A stretch of 64,000 nucleotides of DNA from NCBI RefSeq assembly GCF_964355755.1, contig NC_092670.1, positions 31,360,388 to 31,424,387 of the forward strand. The letters run 5' to 3'. A model generated the notes under the pieces. The model was not told where the DNA came from. It worked only from the letters and a program-made list of their open reading frames with translations, and ran no database searches. Below, piece by piece: positions 25,601 to 36,772 of this stretch (positions are counted from its first letter, which is position 1; every line of letters begins with the position of its first letter). Both the position numbers and the translations under genes were made by a program. The DNA is from Antedon mediterranea (lineage: Eukaryota; Animalia; Echinodermata).

Positions 25601-28600
25601 TCAGAGTCTGCCACTCACCAGATGGGTCGACATCTGGTGCTCCTTCTCTTGCTTATTCTCTCCATGGTTTTGGTAAGTAACCGAGTACCTATTTACTAAA
25701 CAATTCTTAAAATCCCTCATTCACATAATAGGTGCAAATAACATTTTCCAGCAGTATGACAAGTTTTTTTTTGTAGGCCAAATTTTGTACAATGGAACAG
25801 TTTCATGATAAAGATTCCAAACCCTGGTGATAGTCTGTGAATGAAGGCCTGATCATAACTGTGCACTTTGCTATGCTATAGGTCACTTGCAAGTTAACAT
25901 AAACTTAGCATTCTACTTCCTTTCTTCACTTTAAACAATGTTGAAATTAGTACCCCTGGAAAAGAGTGCACTAGTGTTCAAGATCAACATAAATACAGCT
26001 TATATCTGAGAGTATACAATTATGGAATCTTCTAAGTTAAAGGCGGAGAATACTTGAAAGAGAAAGAATTCAAAGGGTGCTCTAATAAAAAAAAAGGCAA
26101 AGCTCAGATTGAATAGAACATTATCCATTTTCAAGGAATACAAACATTGATTATTATAGTATATTTAGAACACATATTATTCAATAATTCCCCACTTCCA
26201 TATTTAATCGAATGCTATTCATTTAAAAAAGCAGTGCTTGGATTTTGGCTGTGAAACATAGTAGCTACAGAGTATTTTTATGCAGAACTGTTATACAAAA
26301 ATCTTGATTTGTTTTCATCATATGTAAATAAATTATAAATAATTGTCTTTTCCTTTCAACTTTCAGGGTTTGTTTCTTTGTATGTGGAAGCTATTTAACA
26401 ACACTGAGTCTGGTATCTACATAGAACTGGAATTTCTAGACAGTGTCTTTAACTATGGACAAGGATTTTTTGTTTTAGCAGTATTTGCTTTTGATAAGCA
26501 GTATGTTATAATACCCTTCATTAAAACGTAAGTTTTTTAAATCATTTCGTTTTTAGTAGTCATAGAGTAGTACAATTCTTGCATTGCATAGTTTTTTTGT
26601 TTATAGAAATAGAAACATTCAGAAAATGTGTGTCGTTAGTTAAGAATTTCTTTCTGTTTACACTTCACACAAATCAGAAACAATGTAGTGATGGTCAATT
26701 CCACCCTGTATTTAATGGTTAATTTAGCAACAACGCTCCAGCCAACATTTTGTAATATCCATTGTCGGACAATAGTAACTATTATTTTTGACTTACAAAG
26801 GACAAAGGTACTGACACTGCCTATTAAAATCTCTATAATATATATTTTCTTTTGTGAATTTTCAAACCTAACACATACTTTACTCCTCAAGGATGGAATT
26901 CAGTGGAATATTCTTGCAACGTTCTGGGGATTTCGTTAGCGGGTTTGTAGTCTATATGTGCATGTATTATTTATGTAAACGCTTTGCCATTGTCAGTTAT
27001 CACATTGTTGTTGGGTTGTAGTTGTATTCAATGGTCATTTCGCAAAATGGTACGCACTTTTTCAAACACTGAATTTGTCACAGGTACTAGGTACAACATA
27101 CAACTATACATTTGTACACCCTATTGTGGATTTGAATTCATTTACATCATCTATAACATTATGGTATTGTGGGTTAAACTAATAATGCAAAAGCATCCAC
27201 CACTATTTTTTCCATAAACATGAAATCAAAATTCCACCGACATTGTGGTAACAAAGGAAAATGGTGTTAAAGTTAAATAACGATGGTGATAATTGATGAT
27301 TAATTATTTTTAATATATTTGTAAAAATTAGTACAAAACAAAAAGACTAATAGTATAAGAATAATAATATAGAATACTTTATGATATTAAAAAAATGCTT
27401 ATTTTAATAAGCAATTATGTTTGTGTTTAATTAATTTAATTCTTGTATATTTTGTGGCTGACTATAGTAGCCATTCGCGATTCAACGTACATAGATCTTG
27501 GCAATTATAGTATAGTTGCCGCTCGCGTTGTAAGGGTTAACATTCTTTTTAATAAAATGACCTACAAAGCATAACAAGAAGCTCTTGTAATAATTACTGT
27601 AGATATTGAATTTGAGTATACAATAAATAAAAGACAAATTAGATATTTTTTCCATTTCCAATAGACTTTGAAACTCAATAATAAAATTATGTAGGTACAG
27701 TATTCAGCTATTAATAATTATAATTTATTAAATTTTTAAAATATTTTTAATGAATTAATGTTCAACATATCATTTTCCTTGCCCTGTTCAACTGCATCCA
27801 CACAGGGTCATCCATAGTGCCATAAACAAATTATTTTGTTTGTAAATCCTCTCCCATCTTTCCACATATTTATTACCTTTTAATGGCTGTGATGTACTTG
27901 TTTATGGTAAATTCTCTGTCTGTTTATTTTGTATTGTAAACACAAAGTGTGAGGTGGTATTGTTTTAATTGCTTGGGGTTGTCTGTTTCAACTACTGGCC
28001 TTTATTCACACTCTCTTACACCTGTTTTCCTGTCGTCAGTTTTGTATTGTAAACATTATTCTTGCCCTGTTAATAGAAAAAGATTTTCCCAATCCAAGCC
28101 TGCTCCTGCTTCACAAGTATCTCATACCTGTTTCTAAAAATAGATTATTAAAAATAAATGATAGATATTTAATATATATATATATTCTGCTAAGTTTTTT
28201 CCTCCCAAAATAATTCTGAAATTTAAATCATTGAATTAATACATTGTGCCATTTTTCATAGTGAGAGATTCATGCTACATTTTTAACATTCACAGTTTCA
28301 TTATACCTTTGTTACATTGACCTGATAGTCTGTTACAAAAATTCTACTTTCAATTATTTTCAATTCACCATCTTGTCTTTTCATGAAATGTTTCATATTT
28401 CTGTGAGCATTTTAAGGTAAAAATCATTTTATACAAATTATTATAATTCATCATTTTTTTCGGAATACTATAAAAATATATCGATGGAAAATAAATAACA
28501 AACTTAAACTAAGAAAATGTCCTACAGATTTAAATGATGCTCAATTTTGCATCTGAAATGATAAATTAAACCTATTAGCACATGGTATGATATAATGCAC

Positions 28601-31527
28601 TTCTCATTATCCTACCCCCTATCCTACCTTGCATTTCATACCCAGTTCTTCCACGCCCAACTTCCCAAAATAAAAAACTATAAAGGAGTAAATGTACACA
28701 GCATAAAATACATACCATGTTTATCTGCTATCTGTTAGCAATCAATTTATTATTATTATTAAAAATAATTTGGACTAAATTTTTAATTAATTTTGCAGAT
28801 GAAGTGATCTTTGATTAGATCTACAATAATTTTTACAGCCTTATACCAGTTTATGGAGGGGTGTATTGATAATTGTCAATTTTGTTTTTCAGCTTTCGTA
28901 AATTGTTGTATGGTGTACAAGCAGTTCATCTACAAGATCCGTCTAACCTAAGCTCAGATGTACTCCACACCTGTGATCAATTCCTTGTTCACCATGTAGA
29001 CAAATGTAAAAGTGAAATTGTTCAAAATTTAAGGTTGGTAAATCAAAGTATCTTTATTCAAATTCATAAAATGCAATTATATTATAAAAACAATTGCAAA
29101 AATTACCACATTTTTTTGCATTTACACACTTTAAAATGTTTGGCTGAATTGTTTGTTTTCCCATTAAATCAATGTAAAAAGTACAAAAATTAATGTTGAA
29201 TGTGCAAATTAAAAAGGTGGGATTTGAGGAGTTGTTTGAATGTGGCGAGTGATTAAGCATTCCTGATTGAGTATGGAATGGCGTTCCAAAGAACAACAGT
29301 AGACCAGGAATACTACTACAGTCTCTATAGGCCCGTTTATACAACACGCTAAATTTACACTCATTGACGTTGGCGCGTTGTATAAACAGAAATGGATTCC
29401 GTGTAATTAGTACCGGTATACCATCTGGAAAGGCTACTTGAAAAGGCTACTTGACGACCGGCCAAATTTGGCCAATTGGAGCTGCTGAAGTAGCCTTTTA
29501 AGTAGCCTCGGGGGACAAGTTGACCTCTCCAATGTAATAAAATATTACTAACCAGCTTTCGTCGGATATTAATTATTATGTCATCTCCATGGTAATAATC
29601 AACAGCCTAGCCTATGCCTACAGTATTCAGGAAGGACTGATATCTTATCGTTTTTAAAGTAATTCCCCACCAGGAGAGACATCGATCGATCGCGAGGAGT
29701 AAGCCTAGGCTAGAGGCCTAACGTGCATGCCGGAACGGGTGGATTATATCTCTATATAAATAACAAGTTTGAACAAAAGAGCTTACGACAATCTTAGGTA
29801 AATTTTTATTAAATGTATAGGCTACTTGCTTGGCGACTCATTTAACAAGTTCGTAATCGGATTGTAGTACTCTGTACAGTAAAACCAAAAAACACCGCCT
29901 CAACAACCTCGTGCGATGTACGATCTGTTGTTCTTTACAGATCAACATTGGTAGAGTCCATTAATTATCAGGGTGTTTAAAAATGTGATAACTATTAAAA
30001 ACCTGCCTCAACCACTGTGTAATCAAAGCGTTTATTTAGTTAAAACTTTGATCCCCCAAAATTGATAATCACGTATTCCGTTTATCACATGATTGAGTCA
30101 CGGTTGGTTGCACACTTCTTTTTTACACGTCCGACGGCAGAGGTGAAATATATTCGCCAATTCGGCGAATAAGACAATATATTTTCACTATTTGGTTTCA
30201 CGATTGCCGTTTGGCTCACAAAAAAAAAGCTAACCTTCATTTTCATCACTTTTTTAGGGGTCGGTCGGGCGTGGCCAACACAATTAATTTTTTGTTGTAT
30301 CTGACGAAACTTCCTGTTCACAAAGCACACGAACGTTCAACGGTAGTTCATTTTTTATGTATGAACAATGCAGATTAGGGGATTAACCTTGATCTGTGAT
30401 AACACGCATCATAGGAACATGCATGTAAATAAGAAATGTGTTGTATAAACACAGCCTATGTTTATACTTGGCATCCATTACTGTTATGTTTTCAATTTGA
30501 CCATGGCCCAATAGTATGATCTCCCATTCATATCACACTTTAAAACACATTCATCATTCTTGTTATTTAAGGCTTACTTTTCACAATAAACATGTTCCTA
30601 AAACAAATAAAAAGATTTAATCAAAACCATAAAAACAAGTAAACAAACATAACCTCACACCATCACACCTTTTCAAAATCAATTAACAGGTGTTGACAGT
30701 TTAACAGGCTAATAAAATAAAGCAGGTTACTTTATTGCTTTGTTTTGTGTAAACAATAACATAGGATGTTAACCATTGATTCTGCATTAAAGGAACCAGG
30801 GATTTGTAAGGACAACATACAACATTTGAAAGGTCACAATATTCTCTAACTGCTGGTGAATAGGCTGGGTTTAGGAAAGAAATTCAGAGGATATCCCTAT
30901 GTAACTCACTCAATACTCATTAACATGTTTTTTAATGGCTGTCCATTTAGTGTGGGGGTTAAGAGGTCAGAGTTCAAGTTTAAAATACACGACAGGGTAG
31001 GCACTGGTCATTTGGTACTATGTAGTTCCCCTTTCAGATACAGTATAAACAAAGGATTTGATAATGCTATGAACAAATGCAGTTCTATACTTTACTACAA
31101 AAATATAAATTGTTTTCATCTTGTATTTTGTGAGCAAGATTTGAGTGTTTCAGTTCTCGGTTGTCTCTGTGATTATTGAAATATAATTATTTATATGAAC
31201 ATGTTTTGTATACCTAATTGATTTCCAGTGAATATTTTCAATAAAATTAAGTAATTTTTTTATTTCATTTATTTTAGATATCATTTCAAGACATATACCA
31301 ATGTATTTAAAGGTTGCAGATTTGTTGATTGGCTAGTTGATGTTGGACTCACGGCAGAACGTTCTGATGCTGTGGATTACGGAAAGCGTCTTATACAAGG
31401 CCGTATTATTCAGCATGTAATGCAAGAACACGATTTTGAGGACTGCAATTATTTGTACGAGTTTATATCGTCGCCCTCAAGTGCTGATTCTGATACTACT
31501 GAATCTATTGAAAGTGACTTGGAATAA
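10307..31527 (+). CDS. GPR155: GPR155/LYCHOS lysosomal cholesterol-signalling protein, whole gene, 12 coding exons, about 833 aa
   Basis: Exons 10307-10697, 11783-12173, 12546-12714, 13327-13482, 14002-14085, 16088-16296, 16977-17067, 24839-25010, 25386-25672, 26367-26527, 28893-29033, 31278-31527. All introns are GT-AG with matching phases and the total is 2502 nt, in frame to TAA. Motifs: FALPALL, TQSNDFALGYP, APISLVLLNPIGF..EIQK, LGTFVSAPLMF, LEFLDSVFNYGQG and a C-terminal DEP domain. Confidence 0.95.
10767..10870. mobile_element. Harbinger-type mini MITE; related copy at about 17097-17221
   Basis: AGCTTGGTTTCCACTTG and CAAGTAGGAACCAAGCT ends; TTA TSD. Confidence 0.7.
10915..11096. mobile_element. 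MITE; partial related copy starting at 33285
   Basis: GGCAAATTTATACAGACGA and TCGTCTGTGTAAATTGGCC inverted ends. Confidence 0.7.
11783..12173 (+). CDS. GPR155: GPR155 coding exon 2
   Basis: Acceptor ttttttcag; VALYQ..YLYLFAPISLVLLNPIGFICLEIQK..FSATALFFLGLNMVGK; donor GTAAGT. Confidence 0.93.
12546..12714 (+). CDS. GPR155: GPR155 coding exon 3
   Basis: Acceptor ttttag; ILLPLVTR..YGFLYATIPAAPTVFIF; donor GTGAGT. Confidence 0.92.
13327..13482 (+). CDS. GPR155: GPR155 coding exon 4
   Basis: Not in the ORF track; my translation is IATTMVLGTFVSAPLMFITATVVTLP..WIGFGSC; donor GTAGGT. Confidence 0.9.
14002..14085 (+). CDS. GPR155: GPR155 coding exon 5
   Basis: Acceptor cttttatag; CWILLIYILGKRYLLLPHQFTTNLVFAQ; donor GTAAGT. 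Confidence 0.9.
14452..15274 (-). mobile_element. Internally deleted PIF/Harbinger transposon retaining a Myb/SANT (trihelix) coding fragment
   Basis: TIR GG(G/C)CCTGTTTCTGCTGC, TTA TSD and AATACGGTA subterminal repeats. The ORF at 14662-14922 (-) reads IYKDISKKI..SPKQVNSKLKSLRKQY..SG..CPHYD. Confidence 0.85.
16088..16296 (+). CDS. GPR155: GPR155 coding exon 6
   Basis: Acceptor ttttatag; MLMCIG..SSRCWTAMVAVSL..YFYGWG; donor GTAAGG. Confidence 0.9.
16321..16657. mobile_element. Harbinger-type MITE; diverged copy at about 37870-38266
   Basis: AGC..GCT ends with TAA TSD. The internal block ACCATTGG.CTTGGTTA.TTAAC.CTGAGGG is shared with 38143-38173. Confidence 0.65.
16977..17067 (+). CDS. GPR155: GPR155 coding exon 7
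   Basis: Acceptor tttttcag; VPMVVVGVLISV..SPVFGYGRSQ; donor GTAAAC. Confidence 0.88.
17558..18141 (-). mobile_element. 3' LTR (584 bp) of a 5'-truncated LTR retroelement
   Basis: The minus strand begins TGTGATATAA and ends TTATATTACA (10-bp inverted repeat, 1 mismatch, TG..CA). TATTTAA at 17931-17937 and AATAAA at 17631-17636 on the minus strand. A purine tract directly precedes it. Confidence 0.8.
18142..18165 (-). promoter_or_regulatory. Polypurine tract (plus-strand primer)
   Basis: Minus strand reads AAAAAAAAAAGGGAAACAGAGGGA, directly abutting the TGT start of the LTR. Confidence 0.8.
18596..19480 (-). CDS. Intronless 294-aa accessory protein of an LTR retroelement; C-terminal C4HC3 PHD/RING-type finger, possible BTB/Skp1-like N-terminus
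   Basis: Longest uninterrupted ORF in the window. CQIC-x-C-x4-CCGTFFHKNC-x10-CLNC at 18701-18835. It lies just upstream of a polypurine tract and LTR on the same strand. Confidence 0.75.
   Translation of the reverse strand: MESEKLDVTQLCLKHKIQMTPLSTECALIKKIILYQSEQNVILHITKTMPFTLDSLKRVLLFLCDIRPADQLTNLKLNTLLHIGSYLCCFDKMSSPIIDYIWKHKSEPALLDFSTIDLSINLDGIATCIPNTHEFHRQHIYSMTLLLLAITKDIKAPQCTAFFSRVRQQTGIIPQDELKPSEHSPFGYVVTKYKKKLYSHIRNMQYLENKYQDTPCQICQCNPEIKNFHTDCTINKCCGTFFHKNCQQISLNKKYQCLNCGMVYLNEIPYTTTYMLDIPWSAFRFYRLLYKPTD
19652..19767 (-). promoter_or_regulatory. Internal Pol II promoter of the 294-aa gene
   Basis: On the minus strand: CCAAT at 19763-19767 and 19724-19728, TATATAAA near 19705-19712, TATAAATA near 19680-19687, and CAGT at 19652-19655, about 30 nt after the second TATA. 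Confidence 0.55.
21263..23304. mobile_element. Non-autonomous element with terminal inverted repeats (TIRs) and GCGAGGCA subterminal repeats
   Basis: ACAAAGTGCGAGGCAGCGAGGCA is inverted at both ends. TSD GGTGGATA(G), 8-9 bp, at 21255 and 23305. Confidence 0.8.
22288..23120. mobile_element. Diverged copy of the Mutator-like foldback at 4641-5505, nested in the 21263-23304 element
   Basis: GGCGCTAGTT start, shared TTTCTATGGAGCGCCAAAAGAGCAA block and shared spacer; long inverted arms. Confidence 0.8.
23458..24649. mobile_element. Non-autonomous hAT-type element
   Basis: TIRs CAGTGGCGTAT and ATATGCCACTG; exact 8-bp TSD AGTGTTTC on both sides. Confidence 0.88.
24839..25010 (+). CDS. GPR155: GPR155 coding exon 8
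   Basis: Acceptor taatacag; a hydrophobic helix followed by the start of the acidic cytosolic loop; donor GTACTT. Confidence 0.85.
25386..25672 (+). CDS. GPR155: GPR155 coding exon 9
   Basis: Acceptor ctttttag; VIDIEDIG..CSGATQCSPQQRDQC..HQMGRHLVLLLLLILSMVL; donor GTAAGT. Confidence 0.88.
26367..26527 (+). CDS. GPR155: GPR155 coding exon 10
   Basis: Acceptor tttcag; GLFLCMWKLFN..GIYIELEFLDSVFNYGQGFFVLAVF; donor GTAAGT. Confidence 0.93.
28893..29033 (+). CDS. GPR155: GPR155 coding exon 11
   Basis: Acceptor tttttcag; FRKLLYG..TCDQFLVHHVDKCKSEIV; donor GTTGGT. Confidence 0.9.
29330..30456. mobile_element. Non-autonomous TIR element
   Basis: GTTTATACAACAC is inverted at both ends; internal inverted AAGGCTACTT pairs. 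Confidence 0.6.
31278..31527 (+). CDS. GPR155: GPR155 coding exon 12, DEP domain and stop
   Basis: Not in the ORF track; YTNVFKGCRFVDWLVDVGLTAERSDAVDYGKRLIQGRIIQHVMQEHDFEDCNYLYEF is a DEP signature; TAA at 31525-31527. Confidence 0.93.
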
Positions 31528-31645
31528 TGGTGAATGATTCACGCATTTTGTAACCATTCACCATTCCCTCGATTGGTTTAATGTGAATGATGATAGTTGG
31601 GCGCTTTACATAAAGGTACATGTAATGACACCTCAATTACGTATA

Positions 31646-32076
31646 CAGTAAATCTTCTAATTGTAACTATGGGTTATTATTCTTTGATTGTTTTTTAAGG
31701 TGGGTTACTATTAGAAGAGGGGTTACTATTAGATTTGTGAATTACTAGTACTAATTTTAAATTAGGCACCTGAAAATAGTAACCCACCCCCAACTTTTCC
31801 GGTCAGCAACTCATAGCAAAATAAACAAATTTGGTTGAACTCTAACTTTATTTTATAAACTCAAAAGCACTCAATCCTCCCCCACTCTCGAGATCAACAT
31901 GCATTATCTCCTTATTTTCAAAATATGGCTGCATCACAAGTTTGTGTGACTCTATTAGAGTAGTGGGTTATTATTATAGATTGACTTATAAGGTGGTTAG
32001 GGTTACTATTATAAGGGGGCTACTATTAGAGTGTGGGTTACTATTAGAGTGTGGGTTACTATTAGAAGATTTACGG
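31646..32076. mobile_element. Tc1/mariner-type MITE just after the GPR155 stop codon
   Basis: CAGTAAATCTTCTAA and TTAGAAGATTTACGG ends, TA TSD and GGGTTACTATTAG repeats. Confidence 0.75.
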
Positions 32077-34192
32077 TACCATATTTATAAACCGTCATGA
32101 ACAATAAACGACCTGTGGTTTATTCAAATTATTACGGAAAATATAAACATAAGCATATTTGGTGTGTTCAGACCCATGAAGTTATGGCTTCCACTTATCT
32201 TTTTATAGTTTACACAAGTTATTTTAAATTATATACCATAAGAACGCTGTAGGTCTAAACGGGCCGCCTATTGTCTTAACTTTAAATTCAGTTCATCTAG
32301 ATTTTTTAATGTTCCTATCCATGAAGAAATCAAACCCACAGTAAATAAAATGTAAAATTGGTGCAATTTGTGTAAAATTAAGCAGCTATTGAAAAAGAAA
32401 ATAATATGAAGTTTTCGTAGGAACAGCTGAGTTATATGTCAAAGGTCAAATCAGGCCTAAATTTTATTTTTTCATTCCTAACATTGTTTCATATTCCTCC
32501 AAATGCATAGCACTTGTACAAATAGTGCTAAGTTCCTTTGAAATTGTTTATGTGCTAGGATTACATTTCTACAAAAGTCAGTTTCAGTCAACTTTAAAAA
32601 GTTGATTAATATTAAGATTCAGAAAAACATTTTATTATGAATTCTAAGTTTATGCCTTGCCTGAACACTTCGACCTTCATCGGCATGGGCAACCTATAAG
32701 CACAAATTATAATCACCTATGTCGTGAACTGGTCATGAAATTATTGCAATTTCCCACAATGACGCACACCATAGTGCGCATATATTTTGCACAAATTTTG
32801 AACCCAGACACACATGTTCAACTTGTTGAAATGTTCGCACATATTTTATGCTTTACACCTCCTGTTTCCATAAGTTGCCATGCATGATTTCTGCCATCAT
32901 GCATTTAATTGGAGGTAGTGCTAACAAGGCTAAAATCTTTATTTCTGAACAATGGAGCTAATTTTATACCTATGGGTGATAATAGGTATAGAAGATACAA
33001 TTTTTTTTATTTTCAACAGTTATAAACTAAATTGGAATGTGTAATTTGTCATTTCAATGTGCACAGTTGAAAACCATTTTAGCACAAAGTTTTGTAAACT
33101 GTGCATTATAGTATGATGATAGATGAAAATTATTTTTTTGATATACCTTGAGTGTAATGAATTTAGATTGTCATAAGTGAATATAATGATAAATATGTAT
33201 AATATGATTATGTAACAAATTTTATTGAATGTAAACATCTTATTTTCTGTATAACAGTATTATTAGATCAGTATGATGGGCTTAAGGCCAATTTACACAG
33301 ACGAGCGGTAACAGTAAGCAGTTAGTGGAAAACCAAAATATAAAACTCTGTTATTTCTTATGACCATTTACACAAAATGCCGAGTGGATGGGTGGTTGAT
33401 AAATAAAGATAAAGATTCTACGAGGGACAAGCTATGCAGGTTTCCGCTACTGGCGTTTCCAGTAGTTTTTGTGTTATTCTGCTATTAATAGAACGATTAA
33501 AAAAGTACATATTCCAACTATTATTAAGTTTAAAGAAACTATTTAATGTAGAGTTTAAAAGGTGTGTGAACATTCTGCTATATTTGTTGAAAGCCATTTT
33601 GTATTTCATTTCAAGTTTATTTTAACATGTATATATGCTATTTTTATTTTTAAATAATTTATTTACTCAGTATGTACCATTATTTTTATTTTAAAATGAT
33701 CAATTTACCATTATTGAAAAGAAAATAATGTGTACACTTATTGTTTTAAGATGTTAATATTCCTTAACAAACATTATATTGTTTTATTGTTTATTTCTTG
33801 TTATGTTATAATATTGGTATATTATTATCCAGTCACTATTTAAAAATATGCCTTATTTATCTGCAAACCAGGATTTGGTAGAATTAACTATAATGTTATA
33901 TGTTTATCTAGTTTGCTACATTTATTTATTCATGTATTATGTGTGATAGGTTTAACTCAGATATGCAGCAGGAAACAGTACATAGACCTAATACTGTATA
34001 AGTAACCGGATTCCATCCACAGACTTTTAAATGAAATAATGTATTTATTCATATAATCTTCATGTTTAAAGCTGATCATGAAGTATGAAATGTCTCACTA
34101 CAGGCCTATAACAATTTAAATGATTAAGGGCATGTTTCTCCTTCAAAAAATGTGTGAATAATTTACTGGACACATTTTAAATAACCATCTAA

Positions 34193-35136
34193 AGATGTAT
34201 TGTTTCCCAAAAACATTGATTAGGCCACTTTGAAGACAAATTAAACGGTTAAATTCAACCAAAAACCCATTGACTTCCAGGCAATTTGCCTATATTTTGC
34301 ATTAAATTTGCATCCAATTTGTTATCAATGTGAATAAATAATATGTGACAATAAAATGGCATAATTTTTTTTCAGGGGGACAATACATCTTAAGATATCA
34401 GTTAAAAACATCCCGTTAATTGTGTGTTAGAAGGCCATTTAACCGTTTTTTGCCGTGCATCTTTTAGCTGCAACACAAAATAAATTCCTCTTTTGACTGA
34501 CCAGTATTGACTTGAGTTGTCTGCCATAAATCTTGACCATTTGACCACATTGCGTTTTGGTTAATGTTCACGGTTTTTTGTTGACAACTACTCACTGGTA
34601 TAACAATTTTTTGGGACCAGCACAATTCAATTGGTATATACAGTACATTTAATATTTTAATCTATTTTTAAATAGATGTTTATTATATATTATGCAGTAG
34701 ATACGGCTCTTAATAATTCAAAACATGATGTGTTTATTGTGTGCTACAGACAGTTTCATGTTGTTATGCTTTCCTCGATTTGTAGGTGCTTTGCTAAAAT
34801 ATATTTATGTATTTAAAGATGTATTGTTCCCCCAAAAACATGAACAATGAAAATTATTTAAATCAGACTTTGAATATGTTATTTTTTTGTTTTAATAAAG
34901 TTAATCACTTCCGAAGAAAAATAACGACAAAAATGTTTTTACTTATAAAAGTGACAAAATAAATGGTTAAACTCAACCAAAAACCCATTGACTGACAGCC
35001 AATTTGACCATTTTTGCTTTAAATTACAGTTTTTTTCAGGTAAATACATTTTTCCTATTTTTGGTGAAAGTGGATAACTATTATGTTACATTAAAATGGC
35101 ATATTAGAACTATATTTTCAGGGGGACAATACATTA
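34193..35136. mobile_element. Two copies of a Kolobok-like MITE (34193-34390 and 34817-35136)
   Basis: AGATGTATTGT and GACAATACAT ends. The second copy is flanked by TTAA on both sides. Shared CAACCAAAAACCCATTGACT. Confidence 0.65.
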
Positions 35137-35519
35137 TTAATTAAATCCTTTACTTATGTTGATTTTTATTATTTATCTTTTATTTATTAGGTGCTGAATT
35201 TTTAATTTGTGGATTTTGTGTTATATAACTGTACCTGAGGGTCACCAGTAAAGTTCCCTTGGTGGCTGATCCTCTTAAACTTGGTTTAAATAAACAAATA
35301 AAAAAGTACACATGCAAATACTTTGTTGTCTTTTGATTTCAGCAGCCTATAACATTGGTAGTTACTTTGATGATTGCTAAATAAAATAAAGAAGACAAGA
35401 ATACATGATATCCAATTCTGAAATAGTAATGAATGTATTCAAAATAGCTAGTCAAATGTCCTAACGGGCGCCGTTTACCGTATCTTAAGAGCCAACAATT
35501 ATCGGCATGGGTGTGTGGC

Positions 35520-35770
35520 TGACTCACTCCTGTTCTGGTGGAGGAACTAGTCTTCTTGGATAAGGATTATAAACCGTCGGTCCAGTTATAAGCCGTGTGT
35601 ACTTTAAGAACCCAGTTCAATTCATTATTCAAGACGAGTAGGGGGTTACACTGGAGAACTGGTTCACAAAATAGCCTATGTATCCATGAAATTACCATCT
35701 ATCTGATAGGACAGTGACTAATTTGCTATTGGTAATACTTGGCCACATTGCCTAAAGACATAAAATAAAA
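35520..35770 (+). mobile_element. SINE relic with a conserved central domain (Deu/Nin-like)
   Basis: GGATAAGGATTATAAACCGTCGGTCC..TTAAGAACCC..GAGTAGGGG resembles the core as I recall it; not aligned. Confidence 0.5.
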
Positions 35771-36551
35771 TTGTGAAGTTAGACAGATCTAACATAAATT
35801 TTAATAGCCTTCCAAAAAGTAGTTCATAATTTCATTTTAGCAGTCAACCTGATGTGCATCTGAAGTTAAATATGCATTTTGTGTTAATACATTTTTTGGT
35901 GAGGTATAATTGAAAATGTCTAGTGGTTGCAGGGATATCCCTTAAACTATAAGGCGTACATTATTTAATTAAAGAATAGGCCTATATCATTTTCTTTCTA
36001 AAAAAAAGTTTATTGTTTTTCAAAATATGAGGGCGCAATTCCTCTAAAAAGAACCACAGTTGCAAAGTACGTACTTGATGCGGCTGCGGCTGCTCAGTAA
36101 ACCGTGAACACACAAGGTAAAACAACTTCCGGCTTACTTTTGTAGAGTAATGAACTTGGTAAACGTGTGTTTGTTGTATAAACTTCATTCAGTAGCAAAA
36201 CGTTGTCGACGACGCCGTGTACTATGGTCTTCATTCATTGATGCATTAACTTTTCTCGATCAAGTCGCCATAGACAATAAACCGCTTCATATTGTTTAAT
36301 TGAATTAAATGATCTGATTTACTTTCAATATTGTGCATAGCTGTTATTTTACCTTACTTTGAGAAGCGTGTGCAGTGCATGCTCTAGACTCGGATTGTTT
36401 GTAAGCAAGACTTACCGGCACGGGAAGTGTGTGTGGTTTACCGTTGTGTGGTAATTTTGACAGATAAGGATACTGTGGTGATACCGATATAAAATCAACA
36501 AATGATTTTCTCTTCTACCAATTGATTTTTTTTTGTATTTTAACATTCAAC

Positions 36552-36772
36552 ATGAGGCATATCAGTGCAATATTATGGACAATTTATATTTGTGCAAGTT
36601 TTATCCTTTGTACGTTAGCAGACGGTTTGTCAACAAACCGTTTAGACCTTTTTGAAGTTCGATTACCTATGGTTAAAGTAGGCCCAGCAGGTAGTTTTTT
36701 TGGTTTTTCAGTAGCGGAACATCGTGTTATTTTTAATGAGGGTGAGAAGCCCAAAGGAGCCAGTGACAATGT
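36552..36772 (+). CDS. Integrin alpha exon 1
   Basis: MRHISAILWTIYICASFILCTLA signal peptide; GPAGSFFGFSVAEH; donor GTAAGT at 36773. Confidence 0.9.
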
